In this document: piece after piece, positions 23,149 through 35,725 of the stretch
Layout: each line of letters begins with the position of its first letter
Position numbering within the stretch: the stretch's first letter is position 1
From: Mobula hypostoma
Taxonomy: Eukaryota
Length of the DNA stretch: 64,000 bases
Direction: 5' to 3'
Assembly (NCBI RefSeq): GCF_963921235.1
Contig: NC_086097.1
Location: forward strand, 183,398,001-183,462,000
Translations under genes and position numbers: made by a program
Notes under the pieces: model-generated
Databases searched by the model: none
What the model saw: only the letters and a program-made list of their open reading frames with translations
Told to the model about the DNA's origin: nothing

Positions 23149-24169
23149 AATTAAGTTAAATACAAGAGGTCCGGGTACTACCTCTGGAAAGCCAGCTCAC
23201 ATGCAAATTAGCAATTCTAGAGCAAACTTGAATCACCAAGGGGATGCTTGGAAGCTGCAGCAGGGCTTAAATGCTATCAGTTCCTACAAAGAGAAAGTAT
23301 GTGACAACAAGGCTTCACTCCCAGGTGAGCTCATTGCCTTTTATGCTCGCTTTGGAGCATGAATCAAATCAAAATTTGGAAGCACCTTCATCCCCCAATG
23401 ACCCTGTGATTTCAGTATCTGAGGCCAACGTGAGAACATCCTTCAGGGGGATGAATCCACAGATAGCATCCAATGCAGATGAGTAGTAAAGACCTATGCT
23501 GATCAACTGGCTGGAGTGTTCACCATTGCCTTTAACCTCTTGCTTTGGCAATGTGAGATACCCACCTGCTTCAAGCAGGCTTCAGTTATACCAGTGCCTG
23601 AGAGATATGTTGTAACCTGCCTCAACTATCGTCCAGTAGCACTTGTAGTACAACCATTGTGATGAAGTGCTTTGGGAATTGATGATTATGCATATTAACT
23701 CCTGCCTATGAAGTCACAACAGGTCAACAGCAGGTGCTATATAATTGGCTGTTCACACAATCCTGGAAAATTTGGACAACAAAAATATATATATTAGGAT
23801 GCTCTTCAGCGAATACAGCTCTCCACTTAATACTACTGTAGCGGTTACTTAACAACAAAATGGGGATTGACACTGTATAACACTTTAATAATGAAGTACC
23901 AAATGAAAGAAGGAATGTTTGATCCTTGATCATGAAACCAGCAACACAAAATACAATATTGGCAGAAAATAAATACATGGCTTCTAGATCTCAGCCCTTA
24001 ATTACTACACTATAATAATTACAGCTACATACTACTAAAAATAGGAGACATGGAATTTTTAAGGATAAACATCTTAACATTTATGCAAAGTCTTCTCTCT
24101 TCTTTCTTCCAGTCAAGTCATGTAATAGTCATCTGGGCCAAAGGCTACTAGGACTTATTAGTAGCCTCA

Positions 24170-25525
24170 TAGTAACTTATTAACAAAAAATCATGGGATG
24201 TTAGAGGTTTGGAAAGCTTTTTAAAAAAACAGCAAAAGGCAACTAAAAAGTCATTAAGGGGAAGATGGAATACAAAAGTAAGCTTCCTAATAATATTAAA
24301 GAGGATACCAAAAGTTTCTTCATATACATAAACTGTCAATGAGAGGTGAGAGTGGATATCAATTGTTAGGGATGTGGTTTTGAGGTACTTGGAGGCACAT
24401 GATAAGATGGACCATAGTTGGCATGGTTTCCTCAAGGGAAAACCTTGCCTGACAAATCTGTTGGAATTCTTTGAAGAAATAACAAGCAAGATAGACAAAA
24501 GAGAATTGGTGGATGTTGTGTACTAGGAATTTCAGAAATTTAAGATTTTGATAAGGTGCCATGCAGGCTGCTTAACAAGTTAAGAACTCATGCTATTACA
24601 GGAAAGATACTAGCATGGATAAAGCAGTGGCTGATTGGCAGGAGGTAAAATGTAGAAATAAAGGGAGTCTTTTCTGGTTGGCTGCCGAGGACTAGTGGTG
24701 TTCTACAGGAGTCTGTGTTGGGATGCTTCTTTTTATGTTATATGTCAATGACTTGGATGATGAAATTGATTACTTTGTGGCAAAATTTGTGGATGATGCA
24801 AAGAAAGGTAGAGCAGCAGGCAGTTTTGAGGATGTAGAGAGAGTATAGAATGACTTACAGATTTTGAGAATGAGCAAAGAAGTTGCAGATGGAATACAGT
24901 GTCTGGATGTGCATGTTCATGCAGCTTGGTAAAAGAAAGAAAAGGGTAGACAGTTTTCTAAATGGAGAGACATTTCAAAAATCTGAGGTGCAAAGGGTCT
25001 TGGGAGTCCTTGTGCAGGAATCCCTAATTGATAGTTTGCAAGTTCACAAAAATGATTCCTGGATTGAAAGGCTTGTCATATGAAGAGCATTTGATGTTTC
25101 TGGGCCTTTACTCACTGAAATTCAGAGGAATGAGGGGTGGTTCCATTGAAACCAATCAAAATGTTGAAAGGTCTCAATACAGTGGATGTGGAGAGGATGT
25201 TTCTTATGGTGGGGGAGTCTAGGACCAGAGGACACAGCCTCAGAATAGAGCAGTATCCTTTTAGAATGGAGATGAGGAAACATAGCTTTACCAAAGAGTG
25301 GTGAATATGTGGAATTCGTTGGCAGATGTGGCTGTGCAGGCCAAGTCTTTGTGTAACTTTAAGGCAGAGATTGATAGATTCTTCATTAGTTAGGACATGA
25401 AGGGACACGGAAGAAGGCATGAGATTGGGGCTGAAAGGGAGAATGGTTCAGCCATGATGAAGTCATGGAGCAGATTTGATGGGCCCAGTGTCCTAATTCT
25501 GCTCCTATGTTTTATGGTCTTATGG
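24170..25525 (+). mobile_element. Decayed CR1 ORF2/3' fragment
   Basis: RT remnants (HGFLKGKPCLTNLLEFFEE) and a ttatggtcttatgg tail. Confidence 0.85.
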
Positions 25526-25534
25526 ACTTAACCC

Positions 25535-28500
25535 TGTACAAAGTGATCTTTACCATCATCCTCTGTCAAGTCAGTGATGAAGCTTCTAGACTGTTGCTCC
25601 TCAAACCTCTGCCTCCTGTAGAAGACAGATCTTGGTTACAGCCTGTACGGACAGCTGGTCTTGGTCTTGATATGCACCTACTGCACAAATTCTCTTCTGT
25701 CTGGAAAGACTTAAATGAATCTCCCCATGATCCATGAGTTTTGAGATGCTGTGTTGTCAACTATAAGCATAATGTCTTCTGGGAGAAAATGGTGTTTTAT
25801 ACCTGACCATTTCTGATGTTCCTGTAACTGTGTAAGTACTCCATGACCCACCACTTCCAAAACAAGTTTAACATGCATTGGGCCTGCCTCCATCTATGAC
25901 AAGCTTAAATGTCTTCTTTTTGGAACTCTCCTGGTGGTGAAGATAGTGAGAAGCATCAGATGGTTGGGTGTTAGCGCTTCCAAATCACTTGAGATCCCAG
26001 GATACTTTAGTAATTGGATAATGATTGATGTTAGCCTCTACTTCACAAAGGACTGTGTTGAAACCCTCTTTGTCAAGGTTCTGTACCTGCATGGTGGAAT
26101 TGAAAACCTTTCACACAGACCTGATCAATCTCTTCCCATGTTCTACCATGATGTGAATCAGCTTGGGTTTTAAAAATCCACTTAATTCCTTTCTGAAGAA
26201 GGACATCAGTGATCCATGAATGATTCCATTTCTCAATGGCTTCTTGCAATTCACACTCAGCTCCAACAAAGTTAATTTCATTATCAGAGCACAGTTCATG
26301 AACCTGTCCTTGTTTTGCTATAAGGCATCAAAGTGCATTAACAAAGGAAACTGTCTAAAGATGCCACTTCAATGTGAACAGCTTGTATAGCTGGACAGGT
26401 ATATATGATCCCATACCTCTTCACTGTAATCCTGCTCCTTATCTCAAAAGGTTGAATGTAGTCCTCCAATGTAAATGGAGGTTCATTTGGAAACATCTTT
26501 CTCTTCAAGAATACCCTTGTGTTCTTCATTCAAGTCAGACTGAGCAACAGCAATTTCAATTACATCCTCTTCTGACAAAAAAAAAACAAGAGAAGGTTAT
26601 TTAACCTTAAAAATCCAGGCCATTGTCTTCCTCAAATGGGTCTAAGATGAGAAGTGGTGAATTATACATGGTTACCGTGCCTACCTCCTCCAATCTGCAT
26701 GACATTCATTGTAACAATCCACTTGACTTCTGGATCATTGAGCAGAAGTTTCCAGAACAATTGTGATTCATAGGCCATTCCCTTACAGGCTGACGAAGAT
26801 ACTGAGGCCCTGACACCCTGTCTTATTCTTTAGGAGTACTTTCACCTTCGACCCTCCAGAGGACACATCTGGCAGGTTGTTTGAACTGCCTACATTCATC
26901 CATTGAGATGCTTGTGGACCTTAAGACTTTGTCTGCAAGGAAGGTTCTTATCCTGAAAGTTTAATTCTTGATGTATTTCAGCACAGAAGTATTATCAGTC
27001 CAAAAAAGCTGAGTCATGAAGTTACATGTGCAATTCCCTCCTCCACGTTGTGTTGTTATGACTTGCACTCGTAGCAGCAATGAGTTCCATATGAAGCAGG
27101 GAAACTGACTTCAATGGAGCTACTGTGGGTTTTCCCATGCTGAAAGCACTGTGCACTTGAGAGCATCTGGTGTGCAACAACAGGTAGGTCGCTGCTCCGT
27201 AGCCATCTTCACTTGTGTCTGTAAAGTGGTGTAACTGTGCATCAGAAACTTTTCCAAAATCTAGGAATTTCAAACACCTAACAACCCTGAGTTCTTCCAG
27301 CCAACTTGTCATGAGCAACTGATGTTAGTATGGTGTCATCCCAGCCAACCCCTTTCTTACAAAGATCTTGTAGGATCTTCATAGCAGATAGCACCACTGG
27401 ACTCAAGTTTCCTAAAGGATCATAGATGGAACTCACTGGAGAGGATCCCCCTTCTGGTGAGTGGTCTAACTTGGACTGTGATCTTAAACTTGAAAGTATC
27501 GAACTGAATGCACAATTACACACCCAGTACTCTCTCCACTGAAGGTATATCTTGATTCAAATCCAAATCCTTCATGTCTTTTATTATTGTTCTTCTGGTA
27601 TCACAGCTAGTAAAGTATATCTGTTGCTTATCTACTTTGTGAGTCAAAAGCCCCCTTAGCACAGCTTCTTCCTCAGAGGATGCTGACACAGGGCAGTCAT
27701 CAACATAGAAGTATGCAAAACCTCATGCTCCATCTTGCAGCTGAGCTATTCTTTGTTGACTTTTGCACATTTCCTCAAATGAAATTGGCACAGCATGGTG
27801 ATGGAGTTGCTCCAAAGAGATGTATCACCATTCTAAAGTCCACCATATCTTGGCTGAGGTTACCATCAGTCCACCTGCGAAACCTCAGCAGACCTGTATC
27901 TTCCACTGGTACTTTAACCTGATGAAACATTGATTCAATATCTGTCATGACCATCACTGGTTCGTTTCTGAATCTGCTTATGACTCCAATCAGTGAGCTA
28001 GTAAGATCTGGTCCCTGTAAAGGCTGAGCATTAAGTGATATGCCCTGAGAAGTCAAACACAACCCAAAGTTTCCCTTTTCTGGGCGATAAACACTGAGAT
28101 GTGAAATATACCAGACATTCCCATCACTGCATTCCAGATCCTCTGCTGGCACTCTTTCTGGCATATCCTTTGGAGATGACATCTTTCATGAAACCTGTGT
28201 AGTCAATGTGAAATGACAAATCCTTCTTAAACTCTTCCTTAGATTTAGAACATGTTCAGCAGTCTTCCAGATATTTGGCATGTTAACCTTTTTTCCCAAC
28301 TAATCTGGTAATGGCCATCTACTAATTTTCCAGAATTCATAACCAGCTCCATGAACTTGTAACCACAAGAAAATCTGCAGGTGTTGGAGATTCAAAGCAA
28401 CACACACAAAATACTGGAGGAACTCAGCAGGCCAGGCAGCATCTGTGGAAAAGAGTAAACAATGTTTCGAGCCAAAGTCCTCCTTGTCCCGGCCTGAAAT

Positions 28501-29380
28501 GTTGACTGTTTACTCTGCAAAAGACTGCTGAGTTCCTCCAGCATTTTGTGTGTGTTGTCCATGAACTTGTTATCTTCTCTTGACAATCCGGGTTTTTCAT
28601 TCTGATTGCATTCAGGGAAGTCTGCCTCGAGTTGCCGCTGCCAAAGCTCATGCAAGTTCAAAACAGATCCTGTTAACTATCAGCTCAGGCTGTGCACAGT
28701 CTCTCCCATCACCATTGTCTCCTTTCAGTGCTTCTCTTACAGTCCAACCCACCATTGTTCTAATTGCATAAGGTCCACTATTGACACTGTGAATCACTTG
28801 CAGCAGTTCCAATGCTTCAGGCACATTCGCCCCTATCAGTGGCTCGATTTCTGAATCAATATCTGGCAAATGGACATGTCTCAGTGAGACCATCCCTTTG
28901 TGGACAGGCATACTTTTCTGCGTATAGATGTTAGGTAGTTCACAATAATAGTTTTCACCATGTAAGCCGGTCACTTCCAATCTTGAAACAATGTAGCTAC
29001 TTGTGATCTTCTCTTGGCCAATGGTGCGTAAGAGAATGTCTGTCCTTTTTCCTGTGGGGTTGATCTTGTTCATGAGGTCCACTGTGCAGAACACTGCTGT
29101 ACTTCCATGATCTGTGAAAGCATAAGTCACCACTGTCTTGTTACCCTTTTTAAGACTTCACTTGTACTGGAATTATGGGAAATTTATAATAATGATCACC
29201 AGCCTCTGTAAGGCCGTTAGATTCCAGGGCACACTCATTGCTGTGTCTGATTCTTTCACGCCTCGTTTTAATTCTGCACCCGATTCGTTAGCATGAATGC
29301 TGGGATGCTTGCCACTGCATACCTTGCATGAAAGACGCTTTCTGAAACGTTTGTTGATGTGTCCTATACACAAACAGATA
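25535..29380 (-). mobile_element. Decayed BEL/Pao LTR retrotransposon internal region (gag-PR-RT-RH-INT)
   Basis: Minus-strand order: Zn knuckle CKVCSGKHPSI; protease TYAFTDHGS; RT LNAQPLQGPDLTSSLIGVISRFR...DIESMFHQV...HLFGATPSP; IYDPLG; RNase H LHHFTDTSEDGYGA; integrase KRYGIIYTC..QAVHIEV. No LTRs recognised. Confidence 0.9.
28361..28557. mobile_element. Fold-back Penelope-like insertion inside the BEL/Pao pol
   Basis: 13-bp TSD TCCATGAACTTGT at 28348-28360 and 28558-28570. Inverted arms caacacacacaaaatactggaggaactcagcag / ctgctgagttcctccagcattttgtgtgtgttg. Confidence 0.85.
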
Positions 29381-29499
29381 AAGATTGATGGGAGTGGGCA
29401 GTTTAAATGGTTTGGTACAGACTAGATGAACCGAAGAGCCTGTTTCAGTGCTGTACTGTTCAATGACTATTCTAGGTCTATGAGTCAGTCCTTATAGGG

Positions 29500-30290
29500 A
29501 GATCAGAGGTGGAGAGGGTCATCAAGTTTAAATTCCTCAGTGTTAGCTTTTCAGCAGATCTGTACTGGGGCCTGCACGTATATGCCATTATGAAGAAAGC
29601 ACAGCAGCGTCTCTAGTTTCTTAGAAGTTTGCATAGATTCAGAATGTCATCTAAAACTTCGGCAAAATTCTATAGATGTGTGGTGGAAAGAATATTGTCT
29701 GGTTGTATTGTAGACTGGTATGGAAACACCAATGTCCTGTATGGAAAAGACTACATAAAGTAGTGGATACGATGCAGTCCATCACAGGTAAAACTCTCCC
29801 CACCATTAAGCATATATGCATGGAGCGCTGTTGCAGGAAAGCAGCATCCATTATCAAGGACCCTCATTATTCAGGTCATTTTCTCTTCTTGCTGCTGTCA
29901 TCAGGAAGAAGATACAGGAGTCTCAGGATGCACACCACCAGGTTCAGGACCAGATATTACCCCTGAACCATTCAGACTTTTGAATGGTTAACTATCAGCC
30001 ATAACTTCAGTCAACTTCACTCACCCCATCACTGAAATATTCCCACTGAAGTGGACTCACTTTTAAGCACTCTTCATCTCATGTTCTTGATATTTATTGT
30101 TTATTTATTTATGACTATTTATCTTTTCCTCTTTTAATATTTGCAGTTTTTTTGCACATTTGTTGTTGTCCATCCTATTGGGTGTGGTCTTTCATTGATT
30201 CTGTTGTGTGTCTTGTATGTGTTGCGATTGCTTGAAAAGAAAAGCTGTCATCTATGTACCTTGATAATAAATTTACTTCGAACTTTGAAA
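29500..30290 (+). mobile_element. Rex1/Babar-like LINE 3' fragment
   Basis: VERVIKFKFL...KKAQQRL*FLR and RKAASIIKDPHYSGHFLF...SGRRYRSL; 3' end aataaatttacttcgaactttgaa. Confidence 0.8.
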
Positions 30291-31806
30291 TTTGAAATAG
30301 AGTGAAGGTGGAAAGAAGTCAATCCCATGGGAGAAGAACAGGTTGAAACAATGGATTTTTATCTTCTGCTTGAGAATCTTGAGCAGAACATAAAAATGGT
30401 TAGTGGACTCTGAAGCTGGAAGGCAGTTGAGTGAAAGATCTCAAGTAGAGATGTACAGATATTCAGTGTCAGTGTTAAAAGTTCAGAAAACATTAGTTGG
30501 CCTTCACCAGCTGTCAAGAGTGGTGTTGCCTCTTTTTTTTAAACCAAAAAACAGTAGCACCTCTTTTGACAGTATGTTTGATAGCATTGTGATTGGACAT
30601 GAGAATACAAGCAATTGAAAAATTGAAATGATTACCGTCATTGTCGGTAGTTAGTAAGATTTAGAGAGAGTAAGATATCAGACCGAGGCTTCCAGGTGGG
30701 AACAAAACTCCTGAAGACAGGAAGAAATCTAGGATGAAGAAACAAAGGGGGCACACAAGTAGCAGAGGAAGAGCTCAATCTCATGTTGGGTTTGGAATTC
30801 ATTAAGATGGAGAAGTAGGGAAATGAAGCCAAGGCCTCTGGCTGTGGGATTTTTTGAGATTGGAAGAGAAAGTGTCTCAGATTCTATCTAGGCATGTTAT
30901 AGCTGTTAGGACTTGGTATTGAACTCACTGGCTCTGTGACCTGAAGATAATGTACAACACAGTGCTGGGTTGGATTGAACTGATCTGGACTTTTTTTGAG
31001 GACTTTGGTGGTTTGGTGTTTTAAATTTTGTGTTTTTCACTTTTTTTGCTGTCATGTGGAGAACATAGGGACTCCTTATAGACAGTGGAGGGAAATGAAC
31101 ACAGGTAACTGATGCTGTAAAATGTTGTGCTAGCCACTACACTATTGGCTGTGGCAGTGTTGTTCATCACATATTTCCAGATTGTTTTAATCTTTCCTCT
31201 GTCTTTATTTGCTTCAGATCAGCCATGAGTTGCTGGCCTTCACCTACTTTCAGCTACCTTCAACACTGCCTAAGTATTCTGGATCCCATCCTGTCATAGA
31301 CATTTATTTGTTATTTCCATCTATCAATCCACTGTAGGTTTTGTATCAGCTCATGAACTTCCCAAAACATGCAGTCACTTTAGTCACAACTTTAACAAAT
31401 CTACCCTGAGCGTCGTGGGAGCTGAATTGTGAAGGAAGGCAGTTTTTTTTTAAACTTCTTCAAGTGCAAGAAGGGCGAGACTGCGCAGGCGCGTGACATC
31501 GGCAGGACCGCGCGGAGAATTTAAAAAGGCGACCACCCTATACAGCGGACAGCTGTCGGAGCGGGCAGTGGAGTGAGCGGTAGCAGAGTGTAGGGCTTTG
31601 GCTTCAACGGGCTTCGGCGATAAACGGGACGAGGCGAGAGCGAAGCGCCAACTCTTTTTTTCCTCCCCCACCTTTCGTGAATCGGCCCGGACAGACAGGA
31701 ACAGCAGGGCTGTCACAGCTAACGGTTTAAAAAGTTTGTCTGTTTGGCAAGGAAAGTGGGTGAGTAGACACATTTTTCCTGTTTCATTCGTGTAGAATTA
31801 GATAGC

Positions 31807-32741
31807 ATGCCTGCAGAGTTAGTGCTTTGTTCAGGGTGTCAGATGTGGGAATCCTGGGAGACTTCCAGCCTCCCTGATGGCCACATCTGCGCCAGGTGCA
31901 CCGAGTTGCAGCTCCTCAGAGACCGTGTTAGGGATCTGCAGCTGCAGCTTGATGACCTAGTGCTTATCAGGGAAAGTGAAGAGGTGATAGACAGGAGCTA
32001 CAGGGAGGTAGTCATCCCTAGGCTACAGGAGTCAGAACACTGGGTCACTGTCTTGAGAGGGAAGGGAAATGCCCGGATAGTGGAGAGCACCCCTGTGGCT
32101 GCCCCCCTCAGCAACAAATATCTTGTTCTGGATGCTGTTGAGGGGGATGACCTGACAGGGGACGCCCACGGTGACCGGGTCTCTGGCACTGAGCCTGGCG
32201 CTGTTGTGCAGGAGAGAAGGAGGGTGAAGAGAAATGCGGTAGTCGTGGGGGATTCCATAGTCAGGGGAACAGACAGGAGATTCTGTGAGCCTGACAGAGA
32301 TACCCGCATGGTGTGTTGCCTCCCAGGTGCCAGGGTATGGGATGTCTCGGATCGGGTCCTGAATATTCTGAGGGGGGAGGGTGAGCAGCCAGTTGTCTTG
32401 GTACATGTCGTACCAATGACATAGATAGGACAAAGGAGGAGGTCCTGAAGAGAGATTTCCAGGAGTTAGGAAGGAAGCTGAGAAGCAGGACCTCCAGGGT
32501 AGTAATCTCGGGATTGCTACCTGTGCCACGTGCTAGCGAGGGCAAGAGTAGTTGGATCAGGCAGATGAATGCGTGGCTGAGAGACTGGTGTAGGGGGCAG
32601 GGCTTCAGATTCTTGGATAATTGGGATCTCTTCTGGGGGAAGTATGACGTGTTCAAAAAGGACAGGTTATACCTGAACCCGAAGGGGACCAATATCCTGA
32701 CGGGAAAGTTTAATAGAGCTGTTAGGGAGGGTTTAAACTAA
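31807..32741 (+). CDS. CR1 ORF1p (CxxC...CxxC zinc finger, leucine zipper, SGNH/GDSL esterase-like domain); 1-bp deletion near 32410
   Basis: CSGC...CARC; LQLLRDRVRDLQLQL; VVGDSIVR; VHV(G)TND broken by the frameshift; ends AVREGLN*. Confidence 0.85.
32732..32741 (+). promoter_or_regulatory. Candidate -1 ribosomal frameshift site T_TTA_AAC_TAA
   Basis: X_XXY_YYZ heptamer in the ORF1 frame; a -1 slip enters ORF2. The same motif occurs at 20196-20205 and 54905-54914. Confidence 0.6.
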
Positions 32742-35725
32742 TTTGGCAGGGGGATGGGAACCGGAATGATAGAGCGGAGGAAGGGGAAAACAGAAATAAA
32801 TCTAAGATAGTGAGCAGTAAAGATGTCAGGAAAGACAGGCAGGTGATGGGGCAAATGTGTAGCCATTGGGATGAGTTGCAGTGCAATAAAGTTGCAGTGA
32901 AATCAAAGCAAAAAGTATCAAATACTGGTCTTAAGGTGTTGTACTTAAATGCACGCAGCATAAGAAATAAGGTGGATGATCTTGTTGTACAGCTACAGAT
33001 TGGCGGGTATGATATTGTGGCCATCACTGAGACCTGGCTAAAGGATGCATGTCTCTGGGAGCTGAACGTCCAAGGATACACGGTGTATCGGAAGGATAGG
33101 AAAGTAGGCAGAGGGGGAGGCGTGGCTTTATTGGTAAGAAATGATATTAAATCATTAGAAAGAGGTGATATAGGATCGGAACGTGCAGAATCTTTATGGG
33201 TTGAGCTAAGGAATAGCAGGGGTAAAAGGACCCTGATGGCAGTTATTTATAGGCCTCCAAACAGCTGCAGGGATGTGGACTACAAATTACAACTGGAAAT
33301 AGAAAAGGCTTGTCAGAAGGGCAGTGTTATGATAATTGTGGGGGATTTTAACATGCGAGTAGATTGGAAAAATCAGGTCGGCACTGGATTTCAAGAGAGA
33401 GAATTTGTAGAATGTCTGCGAGATGGCTTTTTAGAACAGCTTGTTGTTGAGCCCACTAGGGGATCGGCTGTACTGGATTGGGTATTGTGTAATGAACCGG
33501 AGGTGATTGGAGAGATTGAGGTGAAGGAAGCCTTAGGAGGCAGTGATCATAACATGATTGAGTTCACTGTGAAATTAGAACAAGAGAAGCCGAAATCTGA
33601 TGTGTCGGTGTTTCAGTGGAGTAAAGGAAACTACAGTGGCATGAGAGAGGAACTGGCCAAAGTTGACTGGAAAGAGACACTGGCGGGAAAGACAGCAGAG
33701 CAGCAGTGGCTGGAGTTTATGCGAAAAATGAGGAATGTGCAAGACAGGTATATTCCAAAAAAGAAGAAATTTTCGAGTGGAAAAAGGATGCAACCGTGGT
33801 TGACAAGAGAAGTCAAAGCCAAAGTTAAAGCTAAGGAGAGGGCATACAAGGAAGCAAAAATTAGTGGGAAGACAGAGGATTGGGAAGTCTTTAAAACCTT
33901 ACAAAAGGAAATCAAGAATGTCATTAAGAGAGAAAAGATTAACTATGAAAGGAAACTAGCAAATAATATCGAAGAGGATACTAAAAGCTTTTTCAAGTAT
34001 ATAAAGAGTAAAAGACAGGTGAGAGTAGATATAGGACCGATAGAAAATGATACTGGAGAAATTGTAATGGGAGATGAGGAGATGGCAGAGGAACTGAACA
34101 AGTATTTTGTATCAGTCTTCACTGAGGAAGACAGCAGGATACCGGACACTCAAGGGTGGCAGGGAAGAGAAGTGTGCGCAGTCACAATTACGACAGAGAA
34201 AGTACTCAGGAAGCTGGATAGGCTAAAGGTCGATAAATCTCCTGGACCAGATGGAATGCACCCTCGTGTTCTGAAGGAAGTAGCTGTGGAGATTGCGGAG
34301 GCATTAGCGATGATATTTCAAATGTCGATAGATTCTGGCATGGTTCCGGAGGACTGGAAGATTGCAAATGTCACTCCGCTATTTAAGAAGGGGGCAAGGA
34401 AGCAAAAAGGAAATTATAGACCTGTTAGCTTGACGTCGGTGGTTGGGAAGTTGTTGGAGTCGATTGTCAAGGATGAGGTTACAGAGTACCTGGAGGCATA
34501 TGACAAGATAGGCAGAACTCAGCATGGATTCCTTAAAGGAAAATCCTGCCTGACAAACCTATTACAATTTTTTGAGGAAATTACCAGTAGGCTAGACAAG
34601 GGAGATGCAGTGGATGTTGTATATTTGGATTTTCAGAAGGCCTTTGACAAGGTGCCACACATGAGGCTGCTAAACAAGATAAGAGCCCATGGAATTACAG
34701 GAAAGTTACATACGTGGATAGAGTGTTGGCTGATTGGCAGGAAACAGAGAGTGGGAATAAAGGGATCCTATTCTGGTTGGCTGCCAGTTACCAGTGGTGT
34801 TCCACAGGGATCAGTGTTGGGGCCGCTTCTTTTTACATTGTACATCAACGATTTGGATTATGGAATAGATGGCTTTGTGGCTAAGTTTGCTGATGATACG
34901 AAGATAGGCGGAGGGGCCGGTAGTGCTGAGGAAACGGAGAGTCTGCAGAGAGACTTGGATAGATTGGAAGAATGGGCAGAGAAGTGGCAAATGAAGTACA
35001 ATGTTGGAAAGTGTATGGTTATGCACTTTGGCAGAAAAAATAAACGGGCAGACTATTATTTAAATGGGGAAAGAATTCAAAGTTCTGAGATGCAACGGGA
35101 CTTGGGAGTCCTCGTACAGGATTCCCTTAAAGTTAACCTCCAGGTTGAGTCAGTAGTGAAGAAGGCGAATGCAATGTTGGCATTCATTTCTAGAGGAATA
35201 GAGTATAGGAGCAGGGATGTGATGTTGAGGCTCTATAAGGCGCTGGTGAGACCTCACTTGGAGTACTGTGGGCAGTTTTGATCTCCTTATTTAAGAAAGT
35301 ATGTGCTGACGTTGGAGAGGGTACAGAGAAGATTCACTAGAATCATTCTGGGAATGAGAGGGTTAACATTTGAGGAACGTTTGTCCGCTCTTGGACTGTA
35401 TTCCTTGGAGTTTAGGAGAATGAGGGGAGACCTCATAGAAACATTTCGAATGTTAAAAGGCATGGACAGAGTGGATGTGGCAAAGTTGTTTCCCATGATG
35501 GGGGAGTCTAGTATGAGAGGGCTTGACTTCAGGATTGAAGGGCGCCCTTTCAGAACAGAAATGCAAAAAAATTTTTTTAGTCAGAGAGTGGTGAATCTAT
35601 GGAATTTGTTGCCACGGGCAGCAGTGGAGGCCAAGTCATTGGGTGTCTTTAAGGCAGAGATTGATAGGTATCTGAGTAGCCAGGGCATCAAAGGTTATGG
35701 TGAGAAGGCGGGCCAGTGGGACTAA
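32732..35725 (+). CDS. CR1 ORF2p (APE endonuclease + reverse transcriptase); one premature TGA at 35279-35281
   Basis: YLNARSIRNK, AITETWL, IYRPP, GDFN, GSDH, RT motifs with FADD. QFW codon changed TGG->TGA; the same frame continues to 35725. The frame opens at 32726 and overlaps the ORF1 end in -1. Confidence 0.9.

Larger units (their letters stand above)
17840..23850 (+). mobile_element. Rex1/Babar-like LINE fragment (17840-17919 and 23154-~23850) split by a 5.2-kb double CR1 insertion
   Basis: KPWMNHEICNLL...FRSG continues after 23153 as KYKRS...LQQGLNAI, and later FTIAFNLLL...PTCFKQASVIPVP. AATTA is duplicated at 17920-17924 and 23149-23153. Confidence 0.75.

Noticed and set aside
30300..30860. 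Possible Penelope RT remnant on the minus strand
   Set aside because: Only faint motif resemblance; cannot be supported without a profile search.
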